A stretch of DNA of 64,000 nucleotides, from positions 107,198,001 to 107,262,000 of the forward strand of contig OX597817.1 of assembly GCA_951406725.2 (NCBI GenBank). Direction: 5' to 3'. The position numbers and the translations under genes are program-made. The stretch's first letter is position 1. Each line of letters starts with the position of its first letter. Under the pieces are notes generated by a model. It ran no database searches and was not told where the DNA came from. It was given only the letters and a program-made list of their open reading frames with translations. Shown in pieces: positions 1 to 12,814 of this stretch. The stretch comes from Octopus vulgaris (lineage: Eukaryota).

Positions 1-113
1 GACTTTCGCCTCGTTATTAATCAATGTTTTGATAAATCTTCACAATACACCTTTCATGCTGGGATTCACAACACAGCGAAGGCAAGTTTTCTATAAATTT
101 GCTACACACGTAC

Positions 114-185
114 AGGGAGAGAACCTTAGGTAGGGTAGCATATGATTGATTTAAGATAAAATCAAACATTATGTGTTACCCTATC

Positions 186-198
<13 letters not shown>
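114..198 (+). other. Imperfect ~36-bp hairpin (pri-miRNA-like geometry)
   Basis: 125-143 pairs with 171-189 without interruption (3 G-U). Upper stem 144-152/159-167, loop AAGATA, lower stem 114-122/190-198. Confidence 0.6.

Positions 199-277
<79 letters not shown>
190..277. repeat. (CT)n microsatellite
   Basis: Pure dinucleotide run. Confidence 0.98.
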
Positions 278-282
<5 letters not shown>

Positions 283-325
283 GCTATTAAGCAAATAATA
301 CGAACATTTGCGTCTTCATATTATT

Positions 326-540
326 GGTTTCAAATTCTAGCACAAGGCCAGAAATTTCGGGGAAGGGGCTGAGTCGATTGGCTCGACCCGAGTGTTCGAC
401 TGGTACTTATTTTATCGACACCAAAAGGGATGAAAGGTAAAGTCGACCTCGGCGGAATTTGAACTCAGAACGTAAAGACGGACAAAATACTGCTAAGCAT
501 TTTGCCCGGCGTGCTAACGATTCTGCCTGCTGGCCACCTT
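326..540 (-). mobile_element. tRNA-derived SINE family A (head AAGGCGGCGAGCTGGCAGAATCGTTAGC, central GCCTTTCATCCTTTCGGGGTCGATAAA domain)
   Basis: B-box-like GAGTTCAAATTCC on the minus strand. 16-bp TSD gcgtctt(c/t)atattatt at 310-325 and 541-556. Many related copies in the window. Confidence 0.9.
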
Positions 541-789
541 GCGTCTTTATATTATTACGAGCAAAATGCCCCCCACCCGTCCAATGGACGGTGCTGAGTT
601 GTCAAACATTTAAACCAAATTTTCTCAAAACAACTTGTCCGACCGTCCCATAGGCCTCCTCTTTGAGAAACACTGATTTAACCTAAATTTGAGACACCAG
701 CAAAAGAAGAAATAAAGATAGATTTTTTTTTCTATTCCAAAGAAAAACGATTTTATTCACACAAATATGCAACCGAAGAGTTTAAAGTA

Positions 790-1203
790 CCAGCAATGAT
801 AAGGCTGTTGACTGGGAGAACACAAACATGGTTTAAACAGTAAGCTTGGCAGGAAAGAAACGTGCCTTTAAGCAGTACAAAAACAACAAAAAATGGAAGG
901 TGCAGTTATGTACAGGTTGACAGAAGAAAATCAGGACAAACACGATGCATGCAAATGGGTTACTGGAGGTAAATCTAGATGAAAACTTGATCGCATCAGC
1001 TGATGTACTTGCGCGTACAAATGCACGTTCCCACGGCTTTATCGGTCGCATTCTCACTAGGAATCGATTTTTGTAATTTTTCAAGACTTATACACGCCCT
1101 GATACCGTCAGTATCTACATATCAAATTCGAGCGCAATCCGATGGAGGATGACTGAGATCATAGAAGACACACAGACAGACAGAACGGATTTTATATAAT
1201 AGA
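790..1203 (-). mobile_element. Non-autonomous Helitron-like element
   Basis: Minus strand starts A|TCTATTATATAAAA followed by (CTGT)n, like the elements at 8452 and 21538. The 3' CTGG|T end at 790 is tentative. Confidence 0.5.
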
Positions 1204-2083
1204 TAGTTCGGTGAAAGAAACTGTGTTTCCGCCTTCATGATATGTTACTAGGAAAGACACGGATGTGTATCATGTTGGCTTGGTAGCAAAATAGTTAATA
1301 ATAGTGGTCGCGGGAAATTTTAGTGATCTCACATAATTATGTAAGAATTAACAGAAGTACCTGATCATCAGTTGCCGGAAAATCGGTCGTGTATGTATAA
1401 TCTCAAATGCTAAAGGTCAAGTCTAAGGACTTAAGAATGTGAAGATACAAACAAAACAAATTGCTACCTTTTCGTAAATATACCATTAAAATATATGATT
1501 ACCAACATCCATGAAACTTCATTAATCCAAACTTTCTGTTGACTTCTCAAACTGTTTTTATCAAAGCAAAAAGAAACAAGAAGAAATAGAAAAGATAATT
1601 TAAATTTATTTCATATACACCTTTAAAGCGCGCGCGTATGTGTGTGTGTGCATGTGTATGGAAGAATATGTTGATTTCTGCTAAGTAATAACCATACATC
1701 GCCTTGGAGGGATATGGTTTTTTATTGCTTGTTTGTGTATTGGTGTGGGTCCATCCATCCATCCACCCAATTTATTTTTAGCGCTAATGTTAATATTCTT
1801 TTATTGAAATATAACACATATGTCTATAAATACATATATAATACAAAACCACTTTAAAAACTTTAAAAATCCAAATCCAAAACCAGGAGGAAAAATGGAT
1901 AAAGAACAAGGAAAGAAAAATAAAGAAAAAGAGGAAGTAAAAAAAAACATCAATTCAACATCAAGAACCTCAATTGGTCGCACACCTCAAGGTTCAACGG
2001 AACCTAATGAAGCAAGCCAACACGCTCGCGACATTACCACAGACAATGGCGAGGCTAAGACGTTGGAAAAGCCAAGCGCCCTC

Positions 2084-2140
2084 ACTGAACCCGGAACCAC
2101 ATGGTTGGGAAGCAAGCTTCTTACCACACAGCCACGCCTG
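2084..2140 (-). mobile_element. SINE family B head fragment
   Basis: Reverse complement GCAGGCGTGGCTGTGTGGTAAGAAGCTTGCTTCCCAACC matches the heads at 56931 and 18830. Confidence 0.8.
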
Positions 2141-2162
2141 CAGTGAATTATTAAAACTTAAA

Positions 2163-2692
2163 GTCAAAAGCTAGTATTTCAACATAAAAACTCGAAAAAA
2201 GAAAACAAAAGCAACATGGTCAAGATGGAACATCAAATGTTTTCAGGTTGTCATTTCGCTTTTATCGTAGTACTCTTCTTGCGATCAGCTTTCGTGAGCT
2301 AAAATCCCTAAACAGGCTATTCGTTCAAGTAATCCTTTGGTATCAAATGACATTTTATGAAAAATACATTACTGATGTAATTTGATGCTAATGTGATATT
2401 ATAGCAAAATCTTGCTAGTCTTTTCTCTTTATATTTCACCTGCTCGTTGTTAGCTGGATGTAAAATATAAGTGAAATGGAATTAAGGAGCGATATAAATA
2501 CTGTTAAATTGAATAAAATAGCAAATAAACCTTACATTGTAGTCATTACAATTTATGTATATGAAATTATTGTGTAAAATCAAAAATTAATATTTCATCG
2601 TAAAGATGCCATTTTCTCAAGAACGAAAGAACATAAAGTCAAGATGAAAAATCATCTCTTTCTGTCTGTCTCTGTATCTGTTTGTCTGTCTC

Positions 2693-2758
<66 letters not shown>

Positions 2759-3605
2759 GTTTATTTCACTAGTAAAAGTTCAGTTACAGCTGAGATCCTC
2801 TTTGAACAAATTAATATCCTGCTAGCGATATTATGGTCAAAGAAAACGCAAAATACTGTAGCCAAATAAATCGCTCAAATTGAAAAGAGAGGGGCATGCA
2901 ACTAAGTCTGCAGAGTTAAGAAGCAGTATTAGTTGCATGAGTTGCATGAATGCTCATAGGCACCATAGGAGGCGGCTGAACGAGAAAGCTACAGAGACGC
3001 ATGTTGTGGAAAATAGACACACTCAGGTTGCGTTTCCTCCCGAGAACAGTTTACGGTGTGCTTTCATTCGTAGCTAATTGTAGACGATGGGATTGGAGTA
3101 AAACTACTGATTGTCATTGGTGTGGACAAAATGCATCGCTGTATATTCCGACAGCAAGCTTATCATCACCTGAAGAATATAAGAGTAACCAAGTATGGAG
3201 TATCCTAATTGAAGTACTAAATCAAGAAAGTAGTAGCATCAATATAATGAGATTCCTTACAAAATTACGCCCCGCTCTTTTCGTAAGAATGTTAACAAAA
3301 AAGACAATGTAGTTTAAATAGGAGAAATTCAATACCCAGGCTTGATGTCACAAGCTGGTACTTTAGCATAAAAGCCAGAAAATAAACTTAACACGGTTAA
3401 GACAAGGTATCAAATATTTTCAGGTTGTCATTCTGCTTTTATCGTAGCCCAACCATTAAAAATTCTTCTTACGACAAACTTTCGTGAGATAAAACACCTA
3501 AGCATGCTATTTGTTCAGGTAATTCTTTGGTATCAAATAACATTTTCGAAAAGGCACCTTACCGATGTAATTCGATGTTGATGTGAAGTGTTCTCCGCTA
3601 GTTGA
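2163..3605. repeat. Diverged direct repeat pair (~2163-2460 and ~3347-3605)
   Basis: Shared blocks such as ttttcaggttgtcatt..gcttttatcgtag, ctttcgtgag and ctttggtatcaaat. Confidence 0.75.
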
Positions 3606-4026
3606 ATGATATTGAATGGTGATACTGAACAGAAGGGGCGATCGGATTTAAAAGAAGAGCTCGTCTTCCCAAGCTATAGTGCAAAAATAAGGAATTCCTG
3701 ATCTTATGGCATGGTCTAACTTTACAACATCCTGAGCGAGGATTTGACGCTACTTTGTGCGTACATGAAAAAAAAAAAACGGTCTAAAAGCGATATGATT
3801 TGTGGAGCCGTGTGAAGCAGAAGGGTGGCATATACAGTGCTTACGGTAGAGGTGAGGTGTTGTAGGTTTACAGTTAGATCTCTTATGCGCCATTTATCTG
3901 CCATTGGACTTAAGAAGAACAGTAAGTTAGTAATTCTTGTAGCAGAAAAACAAGCAATAATTTGTTTTAACATGGATGTGGCAGAGGCATGTGACAGAAA
4001 GACCAATACTGAGAGTATTAATGAGT

Positions 4027-4027
4027 T

Positions 4028-4062
<35 letters not shown>

Positions 4063-4346
4063 TGCGCCCTTTTCAAGCCTAGCCAGGCTCATGGGCCAGG
4101 TTTCCCGGTTTCTATGTCGTATGTGTTCCTCCCAGCTGGACGGGACGCCAGAAACAGGAAGAAAGAATGAGAGAAAGTTGGGGCCCAAGAGTACAACAGG
4201 AATCGCCACCCACCCCCTGTCGGAGCCTCGTGGAACTTTAGGTGTTTTTGCTCAATAAACACACACACAACGCCCGGTCTGGGAATCGAAACCGCGATCC
4301 TCCGACCGCGAGTCCGCTGCCCTAACCACTGGGCCATTGCGCCTCC
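4027..4346 (-). mobile_element. tRNA-derived SINE family C with (TAAA)n tail
   Basis: Head GGAGGCGCAATGGCCCAGTGGTTAGG (A box) and GGTTTCGATTCCC (B box). Flanked by attaatgagt. Second copy at 22167-22461. Confidence 0.9.
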
Positions 4347-4849
4347 ATATCATTAATGAGTAGCAAAGCAAAATAATTGCGGTATGGTTAGAGTAGTAAC
4401 ATCTGCAGCCAGTTTGTAGTGACTACACAGATGACAAGAGAGAAAGTATGTCACAGTATAGGCCTAGATAATCCGGAGATATCCTAGTAGCCTCAATGTA
4501 AGAAGCGGTTGTGTCGTTAGTGGCTGAAATCGCTGAGTCTCTAAACAAAGCTGATGAAGGGAATGTGCCGCAGTGCAAGCTGTATGTAAAATAATAATTG
4601 ATGTGTATGCATGTGCATGTATTAATATATATATATATATGTCAGTACGTGTGCATATGTCAGTATGAATCAACACACACACACACACATATGTGCATGT
4701 ATGCATATCTGGATGTAAACTTATACATGCTTAAATATGTATATGCATGTATATTAGTCTGTATATATTTACACATATATTCAGGTATGTATGTATGTAT
4801 GTATGTATGTATGTATGTATGTATGTATGTATGTATGTATGTATGTATG

Positions 4850-4893
<44 letters not shown>

Positions 4894-5237
4894 TGTATGC
4901 GTGAGTGTTTGTGTTCTGGTGTGAAAGTTTGTTTACGTGTATATTTTTGTAATATAGTGCTCAGACTTAAAGAGAATATTCTATTTTAAAATTTAAATAT
5001 TCTTAACGCTATCTCTCATAGCAATAATTTTCCTTTCGTTTTCCACCTTTGTATGCTATACACTTCTAGAAACGACTGTTGATTTGTTTCGCTTTTAGGT
5101 CCCTACCCCCACCTTCATCCTCCACCCACTTTTTTATTCTTTGTCATTAATTATTTAAACTAAATACTATTTATTCCTTTATTTGTTTATGTAATTACAC
5201 CAGGTGTATGTATGAGTGTATATATATGTGCATGTGA

Positions 5238-5271
<34 letters not shown>

Positions 5272-6095
5272 ATATATGTGTTTGTGTATGTGTATGTGTA
5301 TGCGTGTTCTGGAATGTTTTTGTGTTTCTAATTCTGCCCAAATACGTATATACATACACACACACATACACATATAGATAGATTAGCTAGCTAGATAGAT
5401 ATGCACACATGTATATACATACATACATGCATACATACATATATACATACATACACATGTGCATGCATAGCTATAACATCGCTTTGTCTTGAAATTTGAA
5501 TTTTATAATATCAAAATGGCGACTTAAAATCTTAAGATCGTATATGTTCATTTGTCTAAAAGGAAATATTTGCTCTAGTTTTATTTTCAATTAATTAAAA
5601 GAGAAAATCAATAATTCATTGAAAGGTAAAGAAAATGTTTGATAGGAGAGAAACGGAACTAAATGACAAAAAAAAAAAAAAAACGAAAAGAAACCCAGAA
5701 AAACACTTAAGTTTTTTCCTAACGCCCCAGTGGACAATGATGTTAACGAGGGTGTATAAATCTGCGCCAACTTTATCCCCCATACACTTTTTGGTTGTGA
5801 TCACTCATACACTTAACGACTGAGATCTCTATGTATCTTTGTCCGCTATCGCTCAGCAAGTAATTTTTTTAGCCTAAAATATTTCAATGCTAAATCAAAG
5901 ACCTTTATCACATTTGTATGCTGATGTTTGTGATTTTATAGTTCACACGGAACAAGATATTCAGAAAATAATCAACTTCTTCTACAATGTCTGTTCTGCT
6001 GTCCGACTGGAATGAGCTGGAATGAGATGATTTGCTACAACTGACTGGACATTCAGCCTGTTTGGGCAATAGTACATTTTGGCATTGGAAGCAAA

Positions 6096-6210
<115 letters not shown>

Positions 6211-7513
6211 TCTCTCTCTCTCTCTCACTCACACACACACACACACACATTCACAAATATACACACATAAGCACGCACGCAATGTAATCGACTAGCACTC
6301 TTCCCTCAAATTTTAATCCTTGTGCCTATGGTAAAAGGATTGTTTATATATGGAGTTTAATCTGTCCCGTTACACTACGTAACTGAGCGATTATCTTGTA
6401 GACAAAACAGCATCATAGAACCACAAATATGAAAGTAATGGCAGAAAATAGACCGAAGTGCCGAAATTGAGGCGGACGCTATGTGGTATAGTCAATTATG
6501 TGGTTACCTGACAAAGAAGGAAGAATAGTGCTTACAAAATTTTTCTTGGTTCTACTGGGGGGGGGGGGGGAGAACAATAAAGTTTAACTCATAGTTTACT
6601 ACAATGGCAAGCAATATCTATCGAGATATTAATATATCTTCAGATTGAAATCTCGGTTTCAGTGTTTGCAGGAGTCCGAACTCTACTGAATGTATCCAAG
6701 ATGGAGATTAAGTCTATCACACACAAAACAATTACAGTTTGATTGGTTGGGTTTCTTCACAGATCCCTACAATAGGATTTCATTCCATTCACAAGGCTTG
6801 GTGATGCGGTGGCCTTCAAAATGGTACTTATAATATCTTGTAGATTTTGTAAGCTTTTAGATTTGTAGCCGTTGTAACAGCTAAAAATATCAGTCAATTT
6901 TTCCCTCATCTCTAAATGAGCAGACCTATGAGGAAAGGTTACCCCAGGAATGATCACCCTGTCGTATTTTCGTCTATACACTAATAATCCTAGATAAACA
7001 TAATCCGACGTGTTCTTTTTGAAGATAGTAGGACATGCATTCAGAAATATTCGCTTCCTATTTCTAGCAAATCGAACGACCACATTGAGACTTCCCTGTT
7101 GTCTTGAACTCTATCAGTGACTGGGTGATATAATGATATACATATCATTCTGTGTCTGGGACGAAGTAGAAGTTTATATGACTGCATGTTCCACTTGGCA
7201 ACAACTTCTTAGAGGAAAAAGATATTGTATTGATATTTTAATTGATGCCAAAATAATATCCTACTTGACATAGGCGTCCACTTTGAAGAATATTCATAAT
7301 CAACAATTAGTTATAGAAGCCAAGCAATTTCCTCTTCCCACACTTATTGACATCTTTATGTTTGCATGTATGAAGATGATATATGCGCACACATACATTC
7401 ACATACAAACATGCGCTAACACATTATGAAGGATGTAAACATATAGACAGATGTATGTATGAATGCGCTGCTAACGATCTTGCCAGCTCGCCACCTAATA
7501 TTACTATAAAGTA

Positions 7514-7729
7514 TTGGTTTCAAATTTTGGCACAAAGCCAGCAATTTCGGGGTAAGGGGCTAAGTCGATTACATCGACCCTAGTGCTTAATTGGTACTTG
7601 TTTTGTCAACCTCGCGAGGATGAAAGGCAAAGCCGATCTTGGTGGAATTTGAACTCAGAACGTAAGGACGGATGAAATGCTGCTAAGCATTTTGCCCGGC
7701 GTGCTCACGATTCTGCCAGCTCGTCACCT
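7514..7729 (-). mobile_element. SINE family A
   Basis: Same sequence as 326-540. Flanked by atattactataaa, with a second head remnant immediately upstream. Confidence 0.9.
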
Positions 7730-7839
7730 TATATTACTATAAAATACTAACATGTATGTATGTATGTATGTATGTATGTATGTATGTATGTATGTATGTA
7801 TGTATGTATGTGTGCGCGCGTATGTGTGTATTATCAATT

Positions 7840-8450
7840 TACTTTTATTTGTCTCAGTCGCTGGACTGCGGCTCTGCTGGGGCACCAGTTTAAAGGGTTT
7901 AGCCAAACAAATCGACACAGTATTTATTTTAGAGTCTGGTATTTATTCTGTTGGTCTCTGTTCGCCGAACTGCTAAGTTGCGGGGACATAAACAAAGTAA
8001 CACCGGTTGTCAATCCGTGGTGGAGGACAAACACAAAATATACACTCATATGTATACATTTTATTCTTTTCTTTTACTTGTTTCAGTCATTTGACTGCGA
8101 CAATGCTGGAGCACCGCCTTTAGTCGAACAAATCGACTCCAGGACTTATTCCTCGTAAGCCTAGTACTTATTCTATTTGTTTCTTTCGCTGAACTGCTAA
8201 ATTACGGGAACGTAAACACACCAACGTCGGTTGTCAAGCGACGGTGGTGGTGGGTCGAGACAACACAAATAAATAAATAAATACATAAATATATATTATA
8301 TATAGGCACATGTAGTAAGAAGCTTGCTTCCCAACCACATGGTTCTAGGTTCAGTCCCACCTTGGGCAAGTGTTTTCTACTAAAGCATCGGGCTGTCCAA
8401 AGCTTTGTGAGTGGATTTGGTAGACAGAAACTGAAAGAAGCCCGTCATAT
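7840..8450. mobile_element. SINE family B pieces: two minus-strand tails (7840-8035, 8060-8270) and a plus-strand head (8305-8450)
   Basis: Tail motif gcggccatgctggagcaccgcc...gaaccgctaagttacgggg. Head carries the CORE-like ccttgggcaagt. Confidence 0.85.
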
Positions 8451-8975
8451 ATCTATATATATAAAAAATTCTTTGTCTTTCCGTCTGTCTGTGTGTTCCC
8501 TATGCATTCTCAAACGGCTCGACCAAATCATATCAGATTTTACAAGGTAATAGTATTAGACCCGTGAGTGTCAACATGTAATCTTTTTTTACTTGGATTA
8601 AAACAATATAACAACGGCACTGATTCGGTATTACGTGGGAAAAGTGAAAGAGTAACATCTATATTGTAATGTGATATAATATTGCTTCACTTTTATTCTT
8701 TCACATTTAATTCTAATGTGACAAGATTGTAATGTTGTTTCTATTTTATTCCTTCCCTTTTAATTCTAACGTGATAACACTAAGATCATTTTGCGGCATT
8801 TACCGTTAAATTAGCAGTTCATCCATGTGTTTTTATTTCATTAATTTGCTTATATTTGGTTAATTTATATTGATACAAAAATAAAGACATACTACATACA
8901 ACTGTTTACAAGAATAGAGATTAATGTATAATTTTTTCTATGTTCATAATTTTTTGTTTACAATATTGAAAAAAT

Positions 8976-9955
8976 ATGCCATCAAAGAAAAGACGTAATC
9001 TCTCCAGAAACAAATATAAAACAAGGAGAATTGTAGAAAACCGAAGGCGAGAGTTTCAAGAGAGAAGGGAGATGAGACTTTCTCAAGATCAGCAAACGCA
9101 TGCAGCAGCACATCAAATGGAGTCTCAAGACAAGCGAGATGAGACTTTCTCAAGATCAGCAAAGGCATTCTGCAGCACGTCAGATGACGTCTGAATACAG
9201 AAGGAAGATGAGACTTTCCCAAGATCAGCAAATACATGCTACAGCACGTCAAATGAAGTCTCAAGAGAGAAGGATGATGAGACTTTCCCAAGATTAGTAA
9301 ATGCATGCTGCAGCACATCAAATGAAGTCTCAAGAGGAAAGGGAGATGAAACTTTCCCAAGATCAGCAAACGCACGCTGCAGCACGTCAGATGGAGTTTC
9401 AAGAGAGAAGGGAGATGAGACTTTTCCAAGATCAGCAATGGCATGTTGCAGCACTTAATGCTGGATCATTAAAACGTTTTAATGATTAGACAGATGTCCA
9501 ATAGAATAGCTCTTAGAAACAGACTACGTACAAATTCTGGAGTGGCTTTCAGATATGATCCATCCCATTCTTATAAAAATCATAATTTTGTCCAAATTGG
9601 TGTGCTAAACTCAAATTGTCGTTTCTGCAAAGCTTTAAAATTTCCAAATGAAACTAATGGCATGTGCTACTCAGGCGGTAAGGTAAGATTGCCAGCACTA
9701 CCAGCTCCATCTCAACCTCTTATAGATCTTTTGGAACGTACTTCCATTCAATCAAAGGATTTTCTGAACAATATCAGGCAATGCAATTCTGCATTTCAAA
9801 TGACATATTTTGGTGCATCTAAGGAGATAGTTGAACATAGATTTATGCCGACGTTCAAAGTTCAAAGACAAGTCTATCACCTCATTGGTTCCCTGCTACC
9901 CACAAATGAACAACCGCAGTTCTTCCAAATTTACTTTATGAGTGATGTAGGATAA
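8976..9955 (+). pseudogene. Helitron RepHel N-terminal region, disrupted
   Basis: CRFCKALKF..E..MCYSGGKVRLP, FLNNIRQCNSAFQMTYFGA, FKVQRQVYHLIGSLLP and FFQIYF are characteristic Helitron N-terminal motifs. Frameshifts and stops are present. Confidence 0.9.
9051..9455 (+). repeat. ~6 x 69-bp coding tandem repeat (23-aa STPR-like unit)
   Basis: Unit EFQERREMRLSQDQQTHAAARQM is repeated, with gatgagactttc(t/c)caagatcagcaa recurring about every 69 bp. Confidence 0.85.
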
Positions 9956-10251
9956 CAATCCCGAAGGAGGTGTCAAAACTTCAGATGATGGATAGTGTTA
10001 GACGCAGTGTCGATTGCCACAAAGGAGAGTATATCCACTGACAGTTTTTCGGTACGTTCAAAAATCACATACCCCTCATGCCTAATTTTCCAAACGGACG
10101 CATGGCATATCGCTTAGTCGAATTAGCCCTTTATATACTCCACAAATGTTTTGTCGTCAATACTGCACTTTCCCGTATAACCTGTTTCAACATAACTGTA
10201 ATATACAAACTATGCCATTTTAATCCCGAGCTACGCTGGGTACCTCTGTTA

Positions 10252-10335
<84 letters not shown>

Positions 10336-10913
10336 CAGAAGTGAGATTTTTAGCTCTTTCCCACCTGAAAGAAGGTATATCTTATCGTTCTTGCGGGACC
10401 CATTATAACTATCACCAGTTCTCTATCTTCAGCTCTTTCACTACCGTATCATGAGAAAGCCAGCAAAAAGTTTGATCAAAACATACTCAAACGAACACAC
10501 AGATACACATGCTCGCTAACATGAGCTTTAGCGTTCAGGCACCTGCCGAGTACCCCCACCACCGCTCGCCATGAAAAAAAAACTAGACATATAATACCCC
10601 TACATACATTCCAATCCTACTCATATACCAAACGCTTGTAGAAATACATACCAGAAAGCTTTGAGGCCAAGTGACATAAGTCTTGTTCAGTTCGCTTCGT
10701 CATTTTTCTAAGCATCTACAAACCGGATGTAATTTTTCACCTTCAATAACGGAGGGCAGTCATTTAAAAAAAAAATTTTTCATGCTTGCTTTTTCTGACA
10801 AGGATGCAGTATGCTGTAACAATGCTGTTATCTAACATCCGGTTTAGGTTTAATATCCAATGCGAAACTGATTGGTAGGATTGGCTGTAATAGCTATATT
10901 TAATACTGTGCAT

Positions 10914-11450
10914 CAGGGGTGGGGAATCCCTGCCTGCGAGCGCAATTGCGCCCGCGAGCCCATTTTATTTCGCCCGCTGGCTGATTATACTCGTATGTAC
11001 AAAATATAGTAAATTTTTCAATTATAAAATTAATACAATATTCGTATGTCTATTTTCGACATAGGTCGCGTTTCCACTACGACTTAAGATGGTTAGAGTC
11101 GAACAGAAAATCATCCGATAATTGCCATTTGAATGGAAATTTTATTTCACTATATAACACATATTGCTAGGTTTATACTGCCCCTTTGAGACCCAACTAC
11201 ACGCTAGCTGAAAAATACAGAAATCTCATAAGTAATATAAATGTCCTAAATTCAGTGGCGGCGTTAATGAAGATGTTACGCGTTAATTTAATGTTAAATT
11301 TATCTTTATTAATGTATATCGAATTATACATAGATATATTAGATATATACAAGATCTACACAGATATAAGAGTTAGAACTTGTGATCCGCCCGCGGATCT
11401 TTTTTATTGTAAATTTTTGCCCGCCGCACTAAAAAGTTTTCCCACTCCTG
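10914..11450. mobile_element. hAT-type MITE
   Basis: TIRs CAGGGGTGGGGAA / TTTTCCCACTCCTG with subterminal GCCCGC motifs. No clear TSD. Confidence 0.75.
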
Positions 11451-12015
11451 ATCTAACGTGTAAAGAAAAAAAAACAGAAGGATCTCAGATATCTCTGCCA
11501 GATTAACAAGGTTAGCGAAATAATGTGGCCAGAGAAATTCGCCAGATTGAAGAGAAAGACTGATTAACGGAAGCCGCGTAAATAGAAAGTCAATGCGTCA
11601 ATGTTACAGGGTCATCACAAGAATGGGAAGCTATTATAGAGCTTAATTAAAGGAATGAATTCAGCTAAATGATTCTTTCCATATCCGTCAGTATTCGTTC
11701 TGTTTCAGTCTCCAGTCATCTTGGTGGTAAAATGAAATGGAAATTATTAATTGTAATCGGCAAGGAAGATACACATTTATTGAAACATATCCTAGTAACG
11801 TGCAAATTATTCCAGTCAGAATGTATATGGTTGTATAACCAAGTCTTGAACGTATTTGCTCTGCACTAAAACAACAATTTAACATAAGCAATATCTATGT
11901 GATGACAGTCAACTCCAAGTTGTACCCGGTTGTTTTCTATAGCAAAAAAATAAATAAAAAGGCACAAAAAATTCGTACAAAGAAAAACCAAAACCTAAAC
12001 TTCAGAATGATACTG

Positions 12016-12227
12016 AATTTCAAATTTTGGCACAAAGGCAGTAATTTCGATGGAGGGAGCAAGTCGATTGCATCGACCCCAGTGCTTAACTGGTACTTAT
12101 TTTACCGACCACGAAAGGATGAAAGACGATGTCAACCTCGGCTGAATTTGAACCCAGAACGTAAAAAGAGACGAGATGGCGTTAAACTTTTTACCCAGCG
12201 TGCTCACAATTTTTCCAGCTCGCTACC
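12016..12227 (-). mobile_element. SINE family A
   Basis: Family match. aaacttcagaat duplicated on both flanks. Confidence 0.88.
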
Positions 12228-12426
12228 TAAACTTCAGAATATTGACGAGGAGAATGTGACTGGTGGAAGTGCTTGTCTTCCCAAGTCATGTTGCAATAAG
12301 AAAGCAACGGTCCGGTCCATTATAGCATGGTTTGACCTGAATATTTGGTGATGGGATAAAGAGGTGCCAAAAAAATCTTGCGGATTCAGGGATCGTGTGA
12401 ATACACGAGTATGACAATCTACAGTA

Positions 12427-12493
12427 CAGTGGTTTCCAACTTGTCGTCCGCAAAAATAGTTAGTACTGGGGGTCCGTAATTAAATTCAAAATT

Positions 12494-12534
<41 letters not shown>

Positions 12535-12814
12535 ATCCAAACATGAAAACACAAAGAGAAAACACAACGCGAGGACGTGGAACAAATATAGTATTATTGG
12601 ACACTCAGGAAGGAAGGGAAGAAGGAGGGTTTAACGTTTCGAGCGGAGCTCTTCGTCGGAAACATAGGAGAAGGAAAGATCTAGAGAAGGGAAGACAGAG
12701 GAAATAAAATCGCCAACGGTACACACGCGACGGATAAGCATATTAAAAGGGGGCCGTGAGAAAACTCATTTAAATAAAAGGGGGCCTTGATAGTGAAAAG
12801 ACTGGCAACCACTA
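12427..12814. mobile_element. hAT-type MITE with nested Penelope-like fragment (~12530-12730)
   Basis: TIRs CAGTGGTTTCCAA / TGGCAACCACTA and degenerate 8-bp TSD ctacagta/ctatagga. Nested piece reads CCGACGA-A-GAGCtccGCTC-GAAACGTTA on the minus strand. Confidence 0.65.

Larger units (their letters stand above)
8452..10252 (+). mobile_element. Internally deleted Helitron with both termini
   Basis: 5' A|TC at 8451/8452. 3' hairpin CCCGAGC-TAC-GCTGGG (10225-10240), then TTAG|T (canonical CTAG|T). Contains RepHel N-terminal coding remnants. Confidence 0.88.

Noticed and set aside
1820-2146. 108-aa Lys-rich ORF
   Set aside because: Low complexity, ends inside an antisense SINE head, and has no domain or splice support.
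4270-4346. tRNA gene
   Set aside because: A/B boxes belong to a SINE head that continues into body, tail and TSD.
9051-9455. Regularly spaced repeats resembling a CRISPR array
   Set aside because: Whole units are repeated without unique spacers. It is a coding repeat of a Helitron in eukaryotic DNA.
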